DNA of 64,000 bases from sequence record OP557969.1; one strand, given 5' to 3'. Numbering within the stretch: the stretch's first letter is position 1; every line of letters begins with the position of its first letter. The notes beneath the pieces are model-generated. The model was given only the letters and a program-made list of their open reading frames with translations, did no database searches and was not told the DNA's origin. The DNA is from Escherichia phage ph0011. The position numbers were made by a program, and so were the translations under genes. This document shows, piece by piece, positions 22,094-31,632 of the stretch.

Positions 22094-22501
22094 ATGGTCA
22101 AAATTTTAAGTGACAATACAGTTGATATTGTTATTGATGTACTTGAAAACAGTAATACATTTGAGAAGAAACACAGTACTGTATACTTCGGTAAAGATTG
22201 TTGGCTGAACTATACATCTGATAGTTCATTTATAATTCATGTTGAAAAGGGTGATATTGGATTAACGATACATGCTTCCTATAATAAAACAATCACTGTT
22301 ATTGCCAACAAGCCAAGTACTTCTGATTTCTGGGATATAATTGATGATTGTGATCATTTCATGTCAACATTCTATAAAACAGAAGAAGAACATTTCATGG
22401 ATAGTACTGTTCGAGAATTACAAATTCCATTTAAATTAATGAAAGCGGTAAGGGATTTTATTTCAAAATACAAAAAAACAGGAGTATGTGATGCAATTTA
22501 A
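22094..22501 (+). CDS. EExFFQxST motif family protein (divergent)
   Basis: motif EEEHFMDSTVRELQ; start at MVKILSD. Confidence 0.45.
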   Translation: MVKILSDNTVDIVIDVLENSNTFEKKHSTVYFGKDCWLNYTSDSSFIIHVEKGDIGLTIHASYNKTITVIANKPSTSDFWDIIDDCDHFMSTFYKTEEEHFMDSTVRELQIPFKLMKAVRDFISKYKKTGVCDAI

Positions 22502-22952
22502 TGGTAATGTTTCTAAAGTTGCTTTAGTATTTGAAAATTGTGAGTGTGTGTATATTGATGTAAAAGATGTTTTATGGATGCATATTGGTGATGAGAAGAC
22601 ACTTTGTAGTCGTTTTTCGAATGGGCTGACAATTAGTACTGGTATTGGTGAGTTTGGTATTGCGTTGCGTAGTAATACCCCAGCGGATTTCATGGACAAC
22701 ACCACACTGTTGGAACGTTTAAAAATGCGTGACGTTACACATGTTTATCTATATGATAATCAAGACGTAGAACGTCATTATGTTGTTGAATGGTCAGATT
22801 ATAACATGAATGGGCAATATTCAGTAAACCAGCGTGTACAAATTACGCCAGGTGGTAATATTGTATTTGTTAGTACAACAGGTAAATTAATCAACGTAGA
22901 TGATAAAAATATCGATCTATTTACATCATACGATAGTTATAATTTGAGGTGA
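22488..22952 (+). CDS. hypothetical protein
   Basis: ORF 154 aa. Confidence 0.5.
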   Translation: MMQFNGNVSKVALVFENCECVYIDVKDVLWMHIGDEKTLCSRFSNGLTISTGIGEFGIALRSNTPADFMDNTTLLERLKMRDVTHVYLYDNQDVERHYVVEWSDYNMNGQYSVNQRVQITPGGNIVFVSTTGKLINVDDKNIDLFTSYDSYNLR

Positions 22953-22956
22953 TATT

Positions 22957-23319
22957 ATGAACTTGTGGATATTTACACTTATTTGTTGTATTACTATTGT
23001 ACTTTGTCGTCTAATTCATGTATACTCATATCATAAAGCGTTACGTATTGAGCAAGAGACTTACTTAAAAAAACAGCCACCGAAGAAGTTACCATCACCG
23101 TATGGGTTGAAACGTGAAATGCACTCCAAAAGCAAAGAGTGGGGATATGCAATCACAAAAAATGGGTATATTTACACAGCGAGTAATGGTTATTTTCAAA
23201 TTCACCACAAATTAGAGGTAGCAGTTAAGATTTTGTGGGAAATGGAGGATATTGGTGGTTATGAGCGTACTAAGTTTGAATACATATCAGATGATCCAGG
23301 AACTTCACGAGAAACATGA
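22957..23319 (+). CDS. membrane-anchored hypothetical protein
   Basis: N-terminal TM (LWIFTLICCITIVLC). Confidence 0.45.
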   Translation: MNLWIFTLICCITIVLCRLIHVYSYHKALRIEQETYLKKQPPKKLPSPYGLKREMHSKSKEWGYAITKNGYIYTASNGYFQIHHKLEVAVKILWEMEDIGGYERTKFEYISDDPGTSRET

Positions 23320-23466
23320 TATAATTATCGATGTTAAGAAGAAGGAAGTTGTTATGAAAAAACAAGAATATCGCATATTAGATCACTTCCATCTAAAAGC
23401 ATTTATAATGAAGTTCTGTACAGATGAACATCTTACTGGACGAGTAATACGTAAGGAGTTGTAAAA

Positions 23467-23808
23467 ATGAACTTAAGTTCAACAATTCAGTTTTTGAGCA
23501 ATAACTTTGATAGGATCATATCTCGCGGTGGGATGATTGTACATCCTGATACAGACGAAATGTACATCATTGGATTTGATAAAAATTCTTATGATCAAGT
23601 GCTTGTAATTTCAAAGTTAGAAAGTTATAATGAAGTCGTTCAGTTTTGTTGTACCGAATTTGGTATATACATTAAAGATGCTGAAACAAATACGATTTCA
23701 CATTATTTTTATCACACACTGATGGGTACTAAAGACTTCGGATTAAAGTTTGATGATTTAGTACAATGTCATTATATGTTTAAAACCTTCCCTGTTAGTG
23801 GTCACTAA
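23467..23808 (+). CDS. hypothetical protein
   Basis: ORF 113 aa. Confidence 0.45.
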   Translation: MNLSSTIQFLSNNFDRIISRGGMIVHPDTDEMYIIGFDKNSYDQVLVISKLESYNEVVQFCCTEFGIYIKDAETNTISHYFYHTLMGTKDFGLKFDDLVQCHYMFKTFPVSGH

Positions 23809-23822
23809 GGAGTGTATCAAAT

Positions 23823-24608
23823 ATGAACAACATTTTCTTCAAAACTATTTCTTTCAAAAAAGAATCTTACTCATATTCCTATGTTGATGGTAATGTGCTT
23901 AATATTGTTCTGAATGGGGTAGATGTTCCTGTGAAATTCGACTCACATGAAGAAGCAGTCGATGGGGCAAAAGAATTGAATTCAATTCTCAATGGTGAAG
24001 ATAGTCAAAAACAAAAGGTAAAATCAGATTTAGATGCACTTTTGGAAAAAATCAAAAGTGGTGAAGTTCTTGAAATTTTAGAAAACTGTAATGAAAAACT
24101 ACGTAAAGTAGTCAATGATGTTCATGACCAGATTCAAGAAAAAGCACTAGACCAAGCCTTTAAGCATGTATCTAAAAAAGCTGAATCACGTATTGATAAT
24201 ATGGTCAAAAACATTGATGATGTACTTTCACATCTCTTTACCAAAGAATACGAATGTGACACAGACGAGCCAGTTACTGAATCTAAAAAAGAAAAACGCA
24301 ACTTTGGTTCAAGTGATGATGTATTTGGTTTTTCTAATGTACGAACAAGTGCAGATGAACCAAAGGAAATCAGTGAGATGCTCATTGGTGACATGACAAC
24401 AAAGCAACTTCGTAATGAAATTGACAAGTTTGTTACTACATCTATCAAATCTGAACGTGCACAAAATATGTTCAAAAGTATCAGTGCTAATTTTGGTACT
24501 GAAGCCACCGAACAAGCACTAAATGCATTTAAAGAATTGATTTATAATGTTGCCATTCGCAATCCAGAAAAAACACTCGAAGAAGTCCTACGAGAAAATT
24601 TCAAATAA
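23823..24608 (+). CDS. hypothetical protein
   Basis: ORF 261 aa followed by terminator. Confidence 0.5.
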   Translation: MNNIFFKTISFKKESYSYSYVDGNVLNIVLNGVDVPVKFDSHEEAVDGAKELNSILNGEDSQKQKVKSDLDALLEKIKSGEVLEILENCNEKLRKVVNDVHDQIQEKALDQAFKHVSKKAESRIDNMVKNIDDVLSHLFTKEYECDTDEPVTESKKEKRNFGSSDDVFGFSNVRTSADEPKEISEMLIGDMTTKQLRNEIDKFVTTSIKSERAQNMFKSISANFGTEATEQALNAFKELIYNVAIRNPEKTLEEVLRENFK

Positions 24609-24620
24609 TTAGATAAAAGT

Positions 24621-24649
24621 AAAGCCACTACACTGTAGTGGCTTTTTTT
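24621..24649 (+). terminator. rho-independent terminator
   Basis: AAAGCCACTACACTGTAGTGGCTTTTTTT. Confidence 0.65.
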
Positions 24650-24816
24650 ATTATTCGTTGTAACCATCAAATACAGGTGAAATAATATTATCTATATCAT
24701 AAACGATAATACTACATCCACTAAGCTTATATCTTCCCCCGATATAATTGTTCTTGACATTTATTCCACCATTGGTATAATTATTATAACATATTTATTA
24801 GGTATAACAAAAAAGT

Positions 24817-24845
24817 GCTTGACTGGTGCATGACAAAATGCTACT
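24817..24845 (+). promoter_or_regulatory. candidate promoter
   Basis: TTGACT-N17-TACTAT. Confidence 0.4.
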
Positions 24846-24877
24846 ATATAGTGAATGAATAAATGAGGTGTTTTTTT

Positions 24878-25462
24878 ATGAATGTTATTGACGATAGACT
24901 AGTACTGAAAAATGGAAAAATGACTGTTAAGTTATATAAAGACGAAGCTGATTCATTCATGGCAAAAGCTATTGAAAAATCAGAACGATATAAATTATTA
25001 GCACCTGCTAGTAAATCACCGTATGGTTTTAATCATGCCCATAGTCATTTTGTAGGAATGGTTTGTGAACATGCATCTTTAGTTCTTTTTAATGAAATTG
25101 AAAATAATACTGGTATTAAACTTAATATTGATCCTGCATTTCAAAATGATGCACGCGATGGGGAGTGTGATATTAAGGTAAACAACCTTCGTATCGAAGT
25201 CAAAGGTATTAAGTATAAATCATGGACCGACTTTGGACCATGTGTCAGTACTCGACAGTTGAAAAATATCCAAAAAAAAGCTGACGTAATATTATGGGTA
25301 TTGTATAATGAGAAAAAACAAGAGTTCACTTTTGAGGGTTTCAACTATGTGAAAGATATTAGTTCTATCCCAGTTGTACTCACGGGTGTCCCAGGCAGAC
25401 CAATGATTGAAAATCATCCAGTACTGAGTATTATCAAACCACTTCAGGAGTTACCGTTATGA
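24878..25462 (+). CDS. hypothetical protein, possible PD-(D/E)xK-like nuclease
   Basis: GECDIKV...RIEVKG resembles D...E-x-K nuclease motif; weak. Confidence 0.35.
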   Translation: MNVIDDRLVLKNGKMTVKLYKDEADSFMAKAIEKSERYKLLAPASKSPYGFNHAHSHFVGMVCEHASLVLFNEIENNTGIKLNIDPAFQNDARDGECDIKVNNLRIEVKGIKYKSWTDFGPCVSTRQLKNIQKKADVILWVLYNEKKQEFTFEGFNYVKDISSIPVVLTGVPGRPMIENHPVLSIIKPLQELPL

Positions 25463-25686
25463 TTACAGCCACTGTATACCAAGATATCAATGAAAAGTTT
25501 AATTCCAAAATTGCATTTTTACAATTCCCAGTTATCCCACCAGTTGGGGCAACATTAAATCTAACCATTTGTGGGTTTGAAAAATATTACGAAATTCTAG
25601 ATATTGAGTACTGTGCTGATGTGTATTCATGTAATAGTGAATTTGCCATTCCGGTATCAATCGATATTATCGTTAAAGAGGTTTAA
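25459..25686 (+). CDS. hypothetical protein
   Basis: ORF 75 aa. Confidence 0.4.
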   Translation: MITATVYQDINEKFNSKIAFLQFPVIPPVGATLNLTICGFEKYYEILDIEYCADVYSCNSEFAIPVSIDIIVKEV

Positions 25687-25689
25687 AAT

Positions 25690-26145
25690 ATGTTTAAAAA
25701 TTTTATTGTTATTGTAGCAGTACTGTTTGGTGCATCATGTTTTATTACACCAGTACATGCAGAAGAACAACGTCAAACTATTAAAACTATTGGTACTGGT
25801 AAAACACCACCTAAACGTACTGCGGAAGAATACATGCCGGAAATCCGTGAGCGTTATCGTCAGACATACAGGGAAAAACATGCAAATGACAAACCAATCA
25901 AAAAGCACAAATGGGAAGTAGTTAAATCCCCTTCATTTTGTGCTGGTTATGCAAAGGTAAAGGTTGAACAACACAACAACCAGTACTATAAGGATATGTA
26001 TTACTTCTATGACTCCAGAATTTCTGACACTGATTTGATGGCAGGGAAGGTTGATAAAGAAGAATTTCTTCAAGGTTATGATATGATGGATGATGCTAAG
26101 ATCATGGAATGTGTAGATGTGTATGAAAAATATAGAGGGTTCTAA
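25690..26145 (+). CDS. secreted/periplasmic hypothetical protein
   Basis: signal peptide MFKNFIVIVAVLFGASCFITPVHA. Confidence 0.5.
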   Translation: MFKNFIVIVAVLFGASCFITPVHAEEQRQTIKTIGTGKTPPKRTAEEYMPEIRERYRQTYREKHANDKPIKKHKWEVVKSPSFCAGYAKVKVEQHNNQYYKDMYYFYDSRISDTDLMAGKVDKEEFLQGYDMMDDAKIMECVDVYEKYRGF

Positions 26146-26606
26146 TGATACTACTAGTATTATTATCAAGCCCGTTTGCTTATTTTATTCTGTATAATAT
26201 TTTTAGTAATGCTCATCATTTTAAATACGCACAAACAATTGCAAAACATGAAGGATGGTGGCATTATTTTCCAGCACTACTGTGTTCATATATGTTCAAT
26301 GAACGCTATTTTATTTTTCCAGAATATACAAAGCACTATTATGATACTAAAATAAATGGCATAATTGAGTACTGTCTACGTAATTATCTGAATAATACAG
26401 ATAATGTTAAAGTGAATTTATTAAATGGAAATTCACCAAGAATAGTCTGTACGTCTTACATAGAAGACCCCATTTACTTATATCTATATGATCATAGTAT
26501 TTCGGTTCGTTGTTCTATGCGTAGTAGTTGTGAGTACTTTATCTTACCACCTACACAAATAAGATTAATAGAAAAATACTTGAAATTGATTGACAAAAAA
26601 GATTAG
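26145..26606 (+). CDS. hypothetical protein
   Basis: ORF 153 aa. Confidence 0.4.
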   Translation: MILLVLLSSPFAYFILYNIFSNAHHFKYAQTIAKHEGWWHYFPALLCSYMFNERYFIFPEYTKHYYDTKINGIIEYCLRNYLNNTDNVKVNLLNGNSPRIVCTSYIEDPIYLYLYDHSISVRCSMRSSCEYFILPPTQIRLIEKYLKLIDKKD

Positions 26607-26650
26607 TAGTGTTATAATCACAAGACCAACCGATAAAAGAGGAACTGAAA

Positions 26651-27109
26651 ATGGACGTATTGGCTACCAATTTCAAACGTAACACAGAAGAGCGTGAAGG
26701 ATACCTTAGTATTAGTGATGTAGTTGCTGATAACTTCAAACAATACATTTTTAATAGTGCGATTAAGTTAAAATGCACAAAGGATGCTCCAGACCGTAGT
26801 TTTACTAAATGGATTGCATATTGGGAAGATTCACCAATTGCAATTGAAATGACAGTTATTACAACAGTTCTGGAAACGGGATATATCAAAGCTATTGTAG
26901 TTGATAAGAAAGTCAGATCTCTTGATGAAATTAACCCATATCCAGCCCGAAATTCTAAAGTTTTTGGGTTTTTGGTTGAAGGTAAGTTTATGATTGAAAA
27001 AGATGCAAAAGAATATGTAATTAATATGCTACAAACACCAACCGAGAAAAAAAAGGTCGTTGACCAGAATGCTATTGATTCAATCAAGAAAGCATGGGGA
27101 CTTAAGTAA
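26651..27109 (+). CDS. hypothetical protein
   Basis: ORF 152 aa, AGAGGAA RBS. Confidence 0.5.
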   Translation: MDVLATNFKRNTEEREGYLSISDVVADNFKQYIFNSAIKLKCTKDAPDRSFTKWIAYWEDSPIAIEMTVITTVLETGYIKAIVVDKKVRSLDEINPYPARNSKVFGFLVEGKFMIEKDAKEYVINMLQTPTEKKKVVDQNAIDSIKKAWGLK

Positions 27110-27110
27110 C

Positions 27111-27533
27111 ATGTTCACACTAAGTAATACAAAATATCTTTTTCTTATTAGTATTATTGGTTGGGTTATGGCTCCAGTGCTTAATGCACTGGGGATTCCA
27201 GAGGGACACAAACTTGTCAATATTTCAGGTTTAATCCAAGCTATTTCGTGGTATTCATTAATCATATTTTTTGTGTGTATTAACACATTTGCACGCGAGT
27301 ATCGACGCTTACTTTATTTTAAAGTTTTCGGAACTACATACTATAGTTTTCTTTATACATTTATTTTAGTTCCATGTGTAGTATATGCCTTTGTTTATGA
27401 TTACTATACATATATGTGGGTGTGTAGTACAATGTTTGTTATGTTAGAATATACAAGAACTGTTCAAAACTCATATGCAGAAGAGTTTCATGATCAAGAA
27501 GTTAAACGCAAATTAACGGAGCTAAACAAATGA
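27111..27533 (+). CDS. multi-pass membrane protein
   Basis: start MFTLSNTKYLFLISIIGW; several TM segments. Confidence 0.45.
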   Translation: MFTLSNTKYLFLISIIGWVMAPVLNALGIPEGHKLVNISGLIQAISWYSLIIFFVCINTFAREYRRLLYFKVFGTTYYSFLYTFILVPCVVYAFVYDYYTYMWVCSTMFVMLEYTRTVQNSYAEEFHDQEVKRKLTELNK

Positions 27534-27955
27534 GAGTATATAATAAAATTTGTATTTTTGTATTTTTAGTTTGTGCGTTCAATTCCTTTGGTTATTACTG
27601 CAACGAAAACAATATTTCATATGGATTAAATCCTTTGTGGTTTTCAATTTCAAATGTAGTTCAAATTGGTATTGCTATTATGTCTGCCCTTATGTTCTGT
27701 CCAATTGTCACAATGGATACTGATCATGAAAGGCTTGGATTTATCCGTGATACTGGTGACGAACCTTACAGTAGATTGATTGTGTTGTATCCATTTGTTG
27801 TTATATTAGGTACTAATATCCAACTTGGGTCTTTATCTAATAGTATTACTTCAGCAGCCATTACCATCTTTGCATTCACATTTTTTATTGTACACAAATC
27901 AGTACTTAAATGGTATATCACCCAATTGGCAGAGAAGGGTACGGAAATCAGTTGA
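27530..27955 (+). CDS. multi-pass membrane protein
   Basis: 141 aa, hydrophobic. Confidence 0.45.
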   Translation: MRVYNKICIFVFLVCAFNSFGYYCNENNISYGLNPLWFSISNVVQIGIAIMSALMFCPIVTMDTDHERLGFIRDTGDEPYSRLIVLYPFVVILGTNIQLGSLSNSITSAAITIFAFTFFIVHKSVLKWYITQLAEKGTEIS

Positions 27956-28014
27956 CGTGATGTATCGAGTCATATATAATTATTACATCAAAACGATCAA
28001 ATGGTAAGGAACTT

Positions 28015-28266
28015 ATGAACATTGATAAGGTCAAAGAACTTAGTGCAGCACTAATTAAGAACGAAGAAGTATGTGAAGAACTTCGCAGTACTATCAAAGT
28101 GGAGTATGCACGTCTTCAAGCTATGCTTCAGGAGTCAGAATGGGTTGTAACAAAATCTATCGAATCCATCTATAAGGATATCGAATCTCTTTTCAACAAG
28201 AAAAGTAAAATCGAATCTGATTCATATAACAAACGCAAAGAATTAAATTCAGTACTTGGAATCTAA
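28015..28266 (+). CDS. hypothetical coiled-coil protein
   Basis: ORF 83 aa. Confidence 0.45.
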   Translation: MNIDKVKELSAALIKNEEVCEELRSTIKVEYARLQAMLQESEWVVTKSIESIYKDIESLFNKKSKIESDSYNKRKELNSVLGI

Positions 28267-28342
28267 AAAAAGTAGTTGACATAAAACAAAATATGGAGTA
28301 CAGTGTGCTCCATAATTAATTATAAGATAAAAGGAAACCGTT

Positions 28343-28603
28343 ATGAAATCTATTCTCGTTGCAGTTAACCAGATTGCTTCTCCATCTTTCAACTTCAAAC
28401 AAGCTGTTGCTGATAAATTGAAGAAAATCTGCCCCAACGCTGAATTAACGTTCTGTGTGTTTGATTCTGAAAAAGTATCAACGGTTGATCTAAACTATAT
28501 CATCAACGACATTAAAAGCATTTCAGGTGAAAGTAATTTAAACTTACTAAATGAGATTGCTGATGATTATGATCATACACTAGTAATTTCGGAGAAATAT
28601 TAA
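28343..28603 (+). CDS. hypothetical protein
   Basis: ORF 86 aa, AAGGAAA RBS. Confidence 0.45.
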   Translation: MKSILVAVNQIASPSFNFKQAVADKLKKICPNAELTFCVFDSEKVSTVDLNYIINDIKSISGESNLNLLNEIADDYDHTLVISEKY

Positions 28604-28608
28604 ATTAA

Positions 28609-29028
28609 ATGATTAGATTAATTCAGTACTTAATCATTAAATTTTTTGGCTGTCATACAATTGAAGGAAAAGCTTCACTTGCACATAAAATTTTTGTAGC
28701 ATTGTGTACAGGTGATTATGACGTATTGAATAAGTACTGTAAATCTCAAGCATGTATTGATATAATGGCACTTCGTATCTATGAGTGTCAATTCAATAGA
28801 TATAATTTTTACCAGTACAGATATGATAAACAAGAATTTGATAGTTTTGAAATGTTAAAAAATTTATGCAACAATAAAAAGAATATGCATATATCTGAAT
28901 TTGTTGCTTTGTATTTTTATTTAAAAAGTTCATTGTTCATAACCACGAGTCAACTTTTTGATACTAGATTTAATGCATTCAAAGGTAAAGAATTTTACAT
29001 ATATGATAAATTCTTAGATAAGGTTTAA
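28609..29028 (+). CDS. hypothetical protein
   Basis: ORF 139 aa. Confidence 0.4.
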   Translation: MIRLIQYLIIKFFGCHTIEGKASLAHKIFVALCTGDYDVLNKYCKSQACIDIMALRIYECQFNRYNFYQYRYDKQEFDSFEMLKNLCNNKKNMHISEFVALYFYLKSSLFITTSQLFDTRFNAFKGKEFYIYDKFLDKV

Positions 29029-29029
29029 T

Positions 29030-29527
29030 ATGACAACAGTTTACATTGATAAACGATTAAATTTATTGATTACTGATTCTAGAGTTACATTAACCATACC
29101 ACGAAACTTATTTGGTATTTTCCCACTAAAACCAAAATATCAATATGGAGTTGTTAATCAAAAAACTTTATATGTACATGACCGTTTATTCAGTGCTAGT
29201 GGGGCAATAAGTGAAATTGATAAAGTACTGAATTGGTTAATTAACAAAGAACCTGTTATACCGCATAAAAAACTAGGTTGTCATTGTGTTCTACTATCCA
29301 AAGATTATATCATTCACATGAATATATCTAATGGTAAGTTCACTAAGAAACTTCAATATCTTCATAAAGACTATACTTTCTTTATGGGAAGTGGTGGAGA
29401 GTATATGGTAGATGCAGCAATACATGAAGACACTACGACTTTATGTAATAAAGTTTTTAGTACATTCATGGACGTTCATAACCATGATTCTTTTACCGAT
29501 AGCAATATTAATGTGTATAAATTTTAA
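29030..29527 (+). CDS. hypothetical protein
   Basis: ORF 165 aa. Confidence 0.45.
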   Translation: MTTVYIDKRLNLLITDSRVTLTIPRNLFGIFPLKPKYQYGVVNQKTLYVHDRLFSASGAISEIDKVLNWLINKEPVIPHKKLGCHCVLLSKDYIIHMNISNGKFTKKLQYLHKDYTFFMGSGGEYMVDAAIHEDTTTLCNKVFSTFMDVHNHDSFTDSNINVYKF

Positions 29528-29548
29528 TTTCGTCAATAGGAGAAGTAG

Positions 29549-30514
29549 GTGAAAAAACTTGATTTGAATACAATTGCAGATGAAGTTCTGGATGAATGCT
29601 TTGGTAATGAAGAAGTGAATACGCTGGATGCGTTAGAACCAGTTCAAGAAAAAGATAACATTGACGAGAAAAATAATGGTAATTTCAAGTTTAATATTAG
29701 TCTTAAGCGACCAGCAAATGTAACAAATGAAGATATTATTCGTGATATTCAAGCAGGTATTAACGTAAAGAAAAATACTGAACTATTAGTTCGTTATAAT
29801 TACGGCTTGATTATTGATGTTGCAAGTAAATGCACGTGTTATATTCCATTTGAAGATAAGATTTCATATGGTATCGAGGGATTCATGCGAGCATTAAAAA
29901 CATTTGACCTTAGTAAGAATGTAAAGTTCGCTACGTATGCATCGTCAAGTATCTATATGACTGTATACAATGAAAGTTCAGATGCTAATCATCTGGTCCA
30001 TTTCCCTCGTTACATGAGTGTTAATAAGATACAAGTGAAACGCTTCTGTCATAATTATGAGCGTCAGCATGGTTGCCGTCCTACACCAGAAATTATTTCT
30101 GAAGAGACTGGTATTGAAATCCAGCACGTTAAGAATTGTTTATTATTCCAAAGTGAATATACTTCACTGGATGCACCATTGGATGGTGTTTCTGATGGGA
30201 CGATGAGTGATATTCTGCATTCATCTGAAGGTGATTATAATCTTAATGTTGACAGTATTCGTGCACCGTTGCGTTATACCATCAACGAACTAACTAATGA
30301 GTTGAGTGCTAAGGAATGTGAGATTATTCAACGTGTTCATGGGTTAGGTGAATTTAATCCTGAAACACTACGTGAAATTGCTGATAGTGGTTTTATCGAT
30401 GACAACGGTAAGTGTGTAAAATCCAGATCTTCGGTTCATCGTAAATACAGTGATGCTCTTAAGAAACTCAAGAAATTAGTGCTTGCTAAAGGGTACGAAT
30501 ACGAAGATTTCTAA
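29549..30514 (+). CDS. sigma-70 family RNA polymerase sigma factor
   Basis: GTG start after AGGAG; region 2-like LVRYNYGLIIDVASK, GIEGFMRALKTFD...KFATYA; region 4-like C-terminal TLREIADSG...KYSDALKKLKKL. Confidence 0.7.
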   Translation: MKKLDLNTIADEVLDECFGNEEVNTLDALEPVQEKDNIDEKNNGNFKFNISLKRPANVTNEDIIRDIQAGINVKKNTELLVRYNYGLIIDVASKCTCYIPFEDKISYGIEGFMRALKTFDLSKNVKFATYASSSIYMTVYNESSDANHLVHFPRYMSVNKIQVKRFCHNYERQHGCRPTPEIISEETGIEIQHVKNCLLFQSEYTSLDAPLDGVSDGTMSDILHSSEGDYNLNVDSIRAPLRYTINELTNELSAKECEIIQRVHGLGEFNPETLREIADSGFIDDNGKCVKSRSSVHRKYSDALKKLKKLVLAKGYEYEDF

Positions 30515-30520
30515 ATTGTA

Positions 30521-30547
30521 AAGGTTGGCATATGCCAACCTTTTTTA
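30521..30547 (+). terminator. rho-independent terminator
   Basis: AAGGTTGGCATATGCCAACCTTTTTT. Confidence 0.65.
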
Positions 30548-31194
30548 TTGGGACAAAGCATAAATATATGATATAATAATTATGTACAATCCTGTTGAAT
30601 GCAGAAATGCATATAAATTAGAACCTGATCCTATCGAAAACGTAGATGGCAGATGAGCAGTTCAGCAGTGCGATGAGCAGAAGAAACCCGTCAGAAGTGG
30701 GCATAGTTTGAACCCCTCACGGCAATGCGGCTCAATAAAGAACTCCGATAAGCATACAGAGAGTTCCTAGATAGACATATAAGGAATCACACCTTACCAG
30801 ATTTGCTAAGGGAGTCTTGAAATAAGACAGCTTGAACTTTGATTGTATAGAGTTTCAAGTGAGTGCTGGGATGAAAAGACCAGTGACCGTTGCATATGAC
30901 CGTGATAGGGAGAAACAGAGCAACCCGCTTCCGTTTGTGATTGATCATTTTTACAATATAGATCCGTCCAAAATTCACGATACAATAATATCCGATGCCA
31001 TCAGCGTCAAGAAGAGACTTAATTGTCTCTTTTTTATTACTTTCATTCCCCTGTGGGGGATGAAATAGTCCTCAACAAATCCCGTCAAGTATTAAAAGTC
31101 CTAGACAGTTATGAAACATTCGCGTATAATACGTAGTATTAGAAGCGAACAGACATCTCGAAGAGATGGATGATTAACTATTAAGGAATATCCA
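30548..31194 (+). other. GC-elevated noncoding island, candidate large structured RNA or decayed foreign gene
   Basis: ~650 bp without a credible ORF; composition clearly less AT-rich than flanks; internal hairpin TTCATTCCCCTGTGGGGGATGAA. Confidence 0.3.
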
Positions 31195-31404
31195 ATGAAT
31201 TCAATCATATTTTTAGTAGTAGCTTTTTCTGTTAATTCCGGTGTACAAATAACCCCAATGAATTCCATGAATCAATGTATAGCAGTTCGTGATAGTACAT
31301 ACGAACAAGTAAACAAAAATATTAGAATGACAGTTAGTAAAGAACAAATGTGGTGTTACAATAGTAATACTAACGCAAAGCTTATTGTAGGACAAACTCA
31401 ATGA
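31195..31404 (+). CDS. small secreted/membrane hypothetical protein
   Basis: 69 aa, hydrophobic N-terminus. Confidence 0.4.
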   Translation: MNSIIFLVVAFSVNSGVQITPMNSMNQCIAVRDSTYEQVNKNIRMTVSKEQMWCYNSNTNAKLIVGQTQ

Positions 31405-31631
31405 GTTATGGTGTTCGTTTTGAGATTCGCTCTATTGTTATTAATGATAATAAGAAAGCATCGTTAGATAGTGACATACGTGAAATTTATCTATCATGTA
31501 TCCGTGCAAAATCTGAAGCAGATGCATTAGCACAAATGTATATTTTTAACTTTTCAAACGGATTTAATTTGGAACGAGTTATTGAAGTGAAAAAAGTACT
31601 TATAGGTTGTAGCATAGAAGGAATCGTGTAA
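31401..31631 (+). CDS. hypothetical protein
   Basis: ORF 76 aa. Confidence 0.4.
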   Translation: MSYGVRFEIRSIVINDNKKASLDSDIREIYLSCIRAKSEADALAQMYIFNFSNGFNLERVIEVKKVLIGCSIEGIV

Positions 31632-31632
31632 A

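Noticed and set aside
30832-31068. 78-aa + ORF and overlapping minus ORF inside the GC-elevated island
   Set aside because: No RBS, overlapping opposite-strand ORFs of similar size, composition unlike neighbouring genes; probably spurious, though a decayed gene cannot be excluded.
30548-31194. Group I or group II intron in the noncoding island
   Set aside because: I could not find recognisable conserved core elements (P7 G-binding site, domain V) by eye, and the island does not interrupt an identifiable gene; left as an unclassified candidate RNA.
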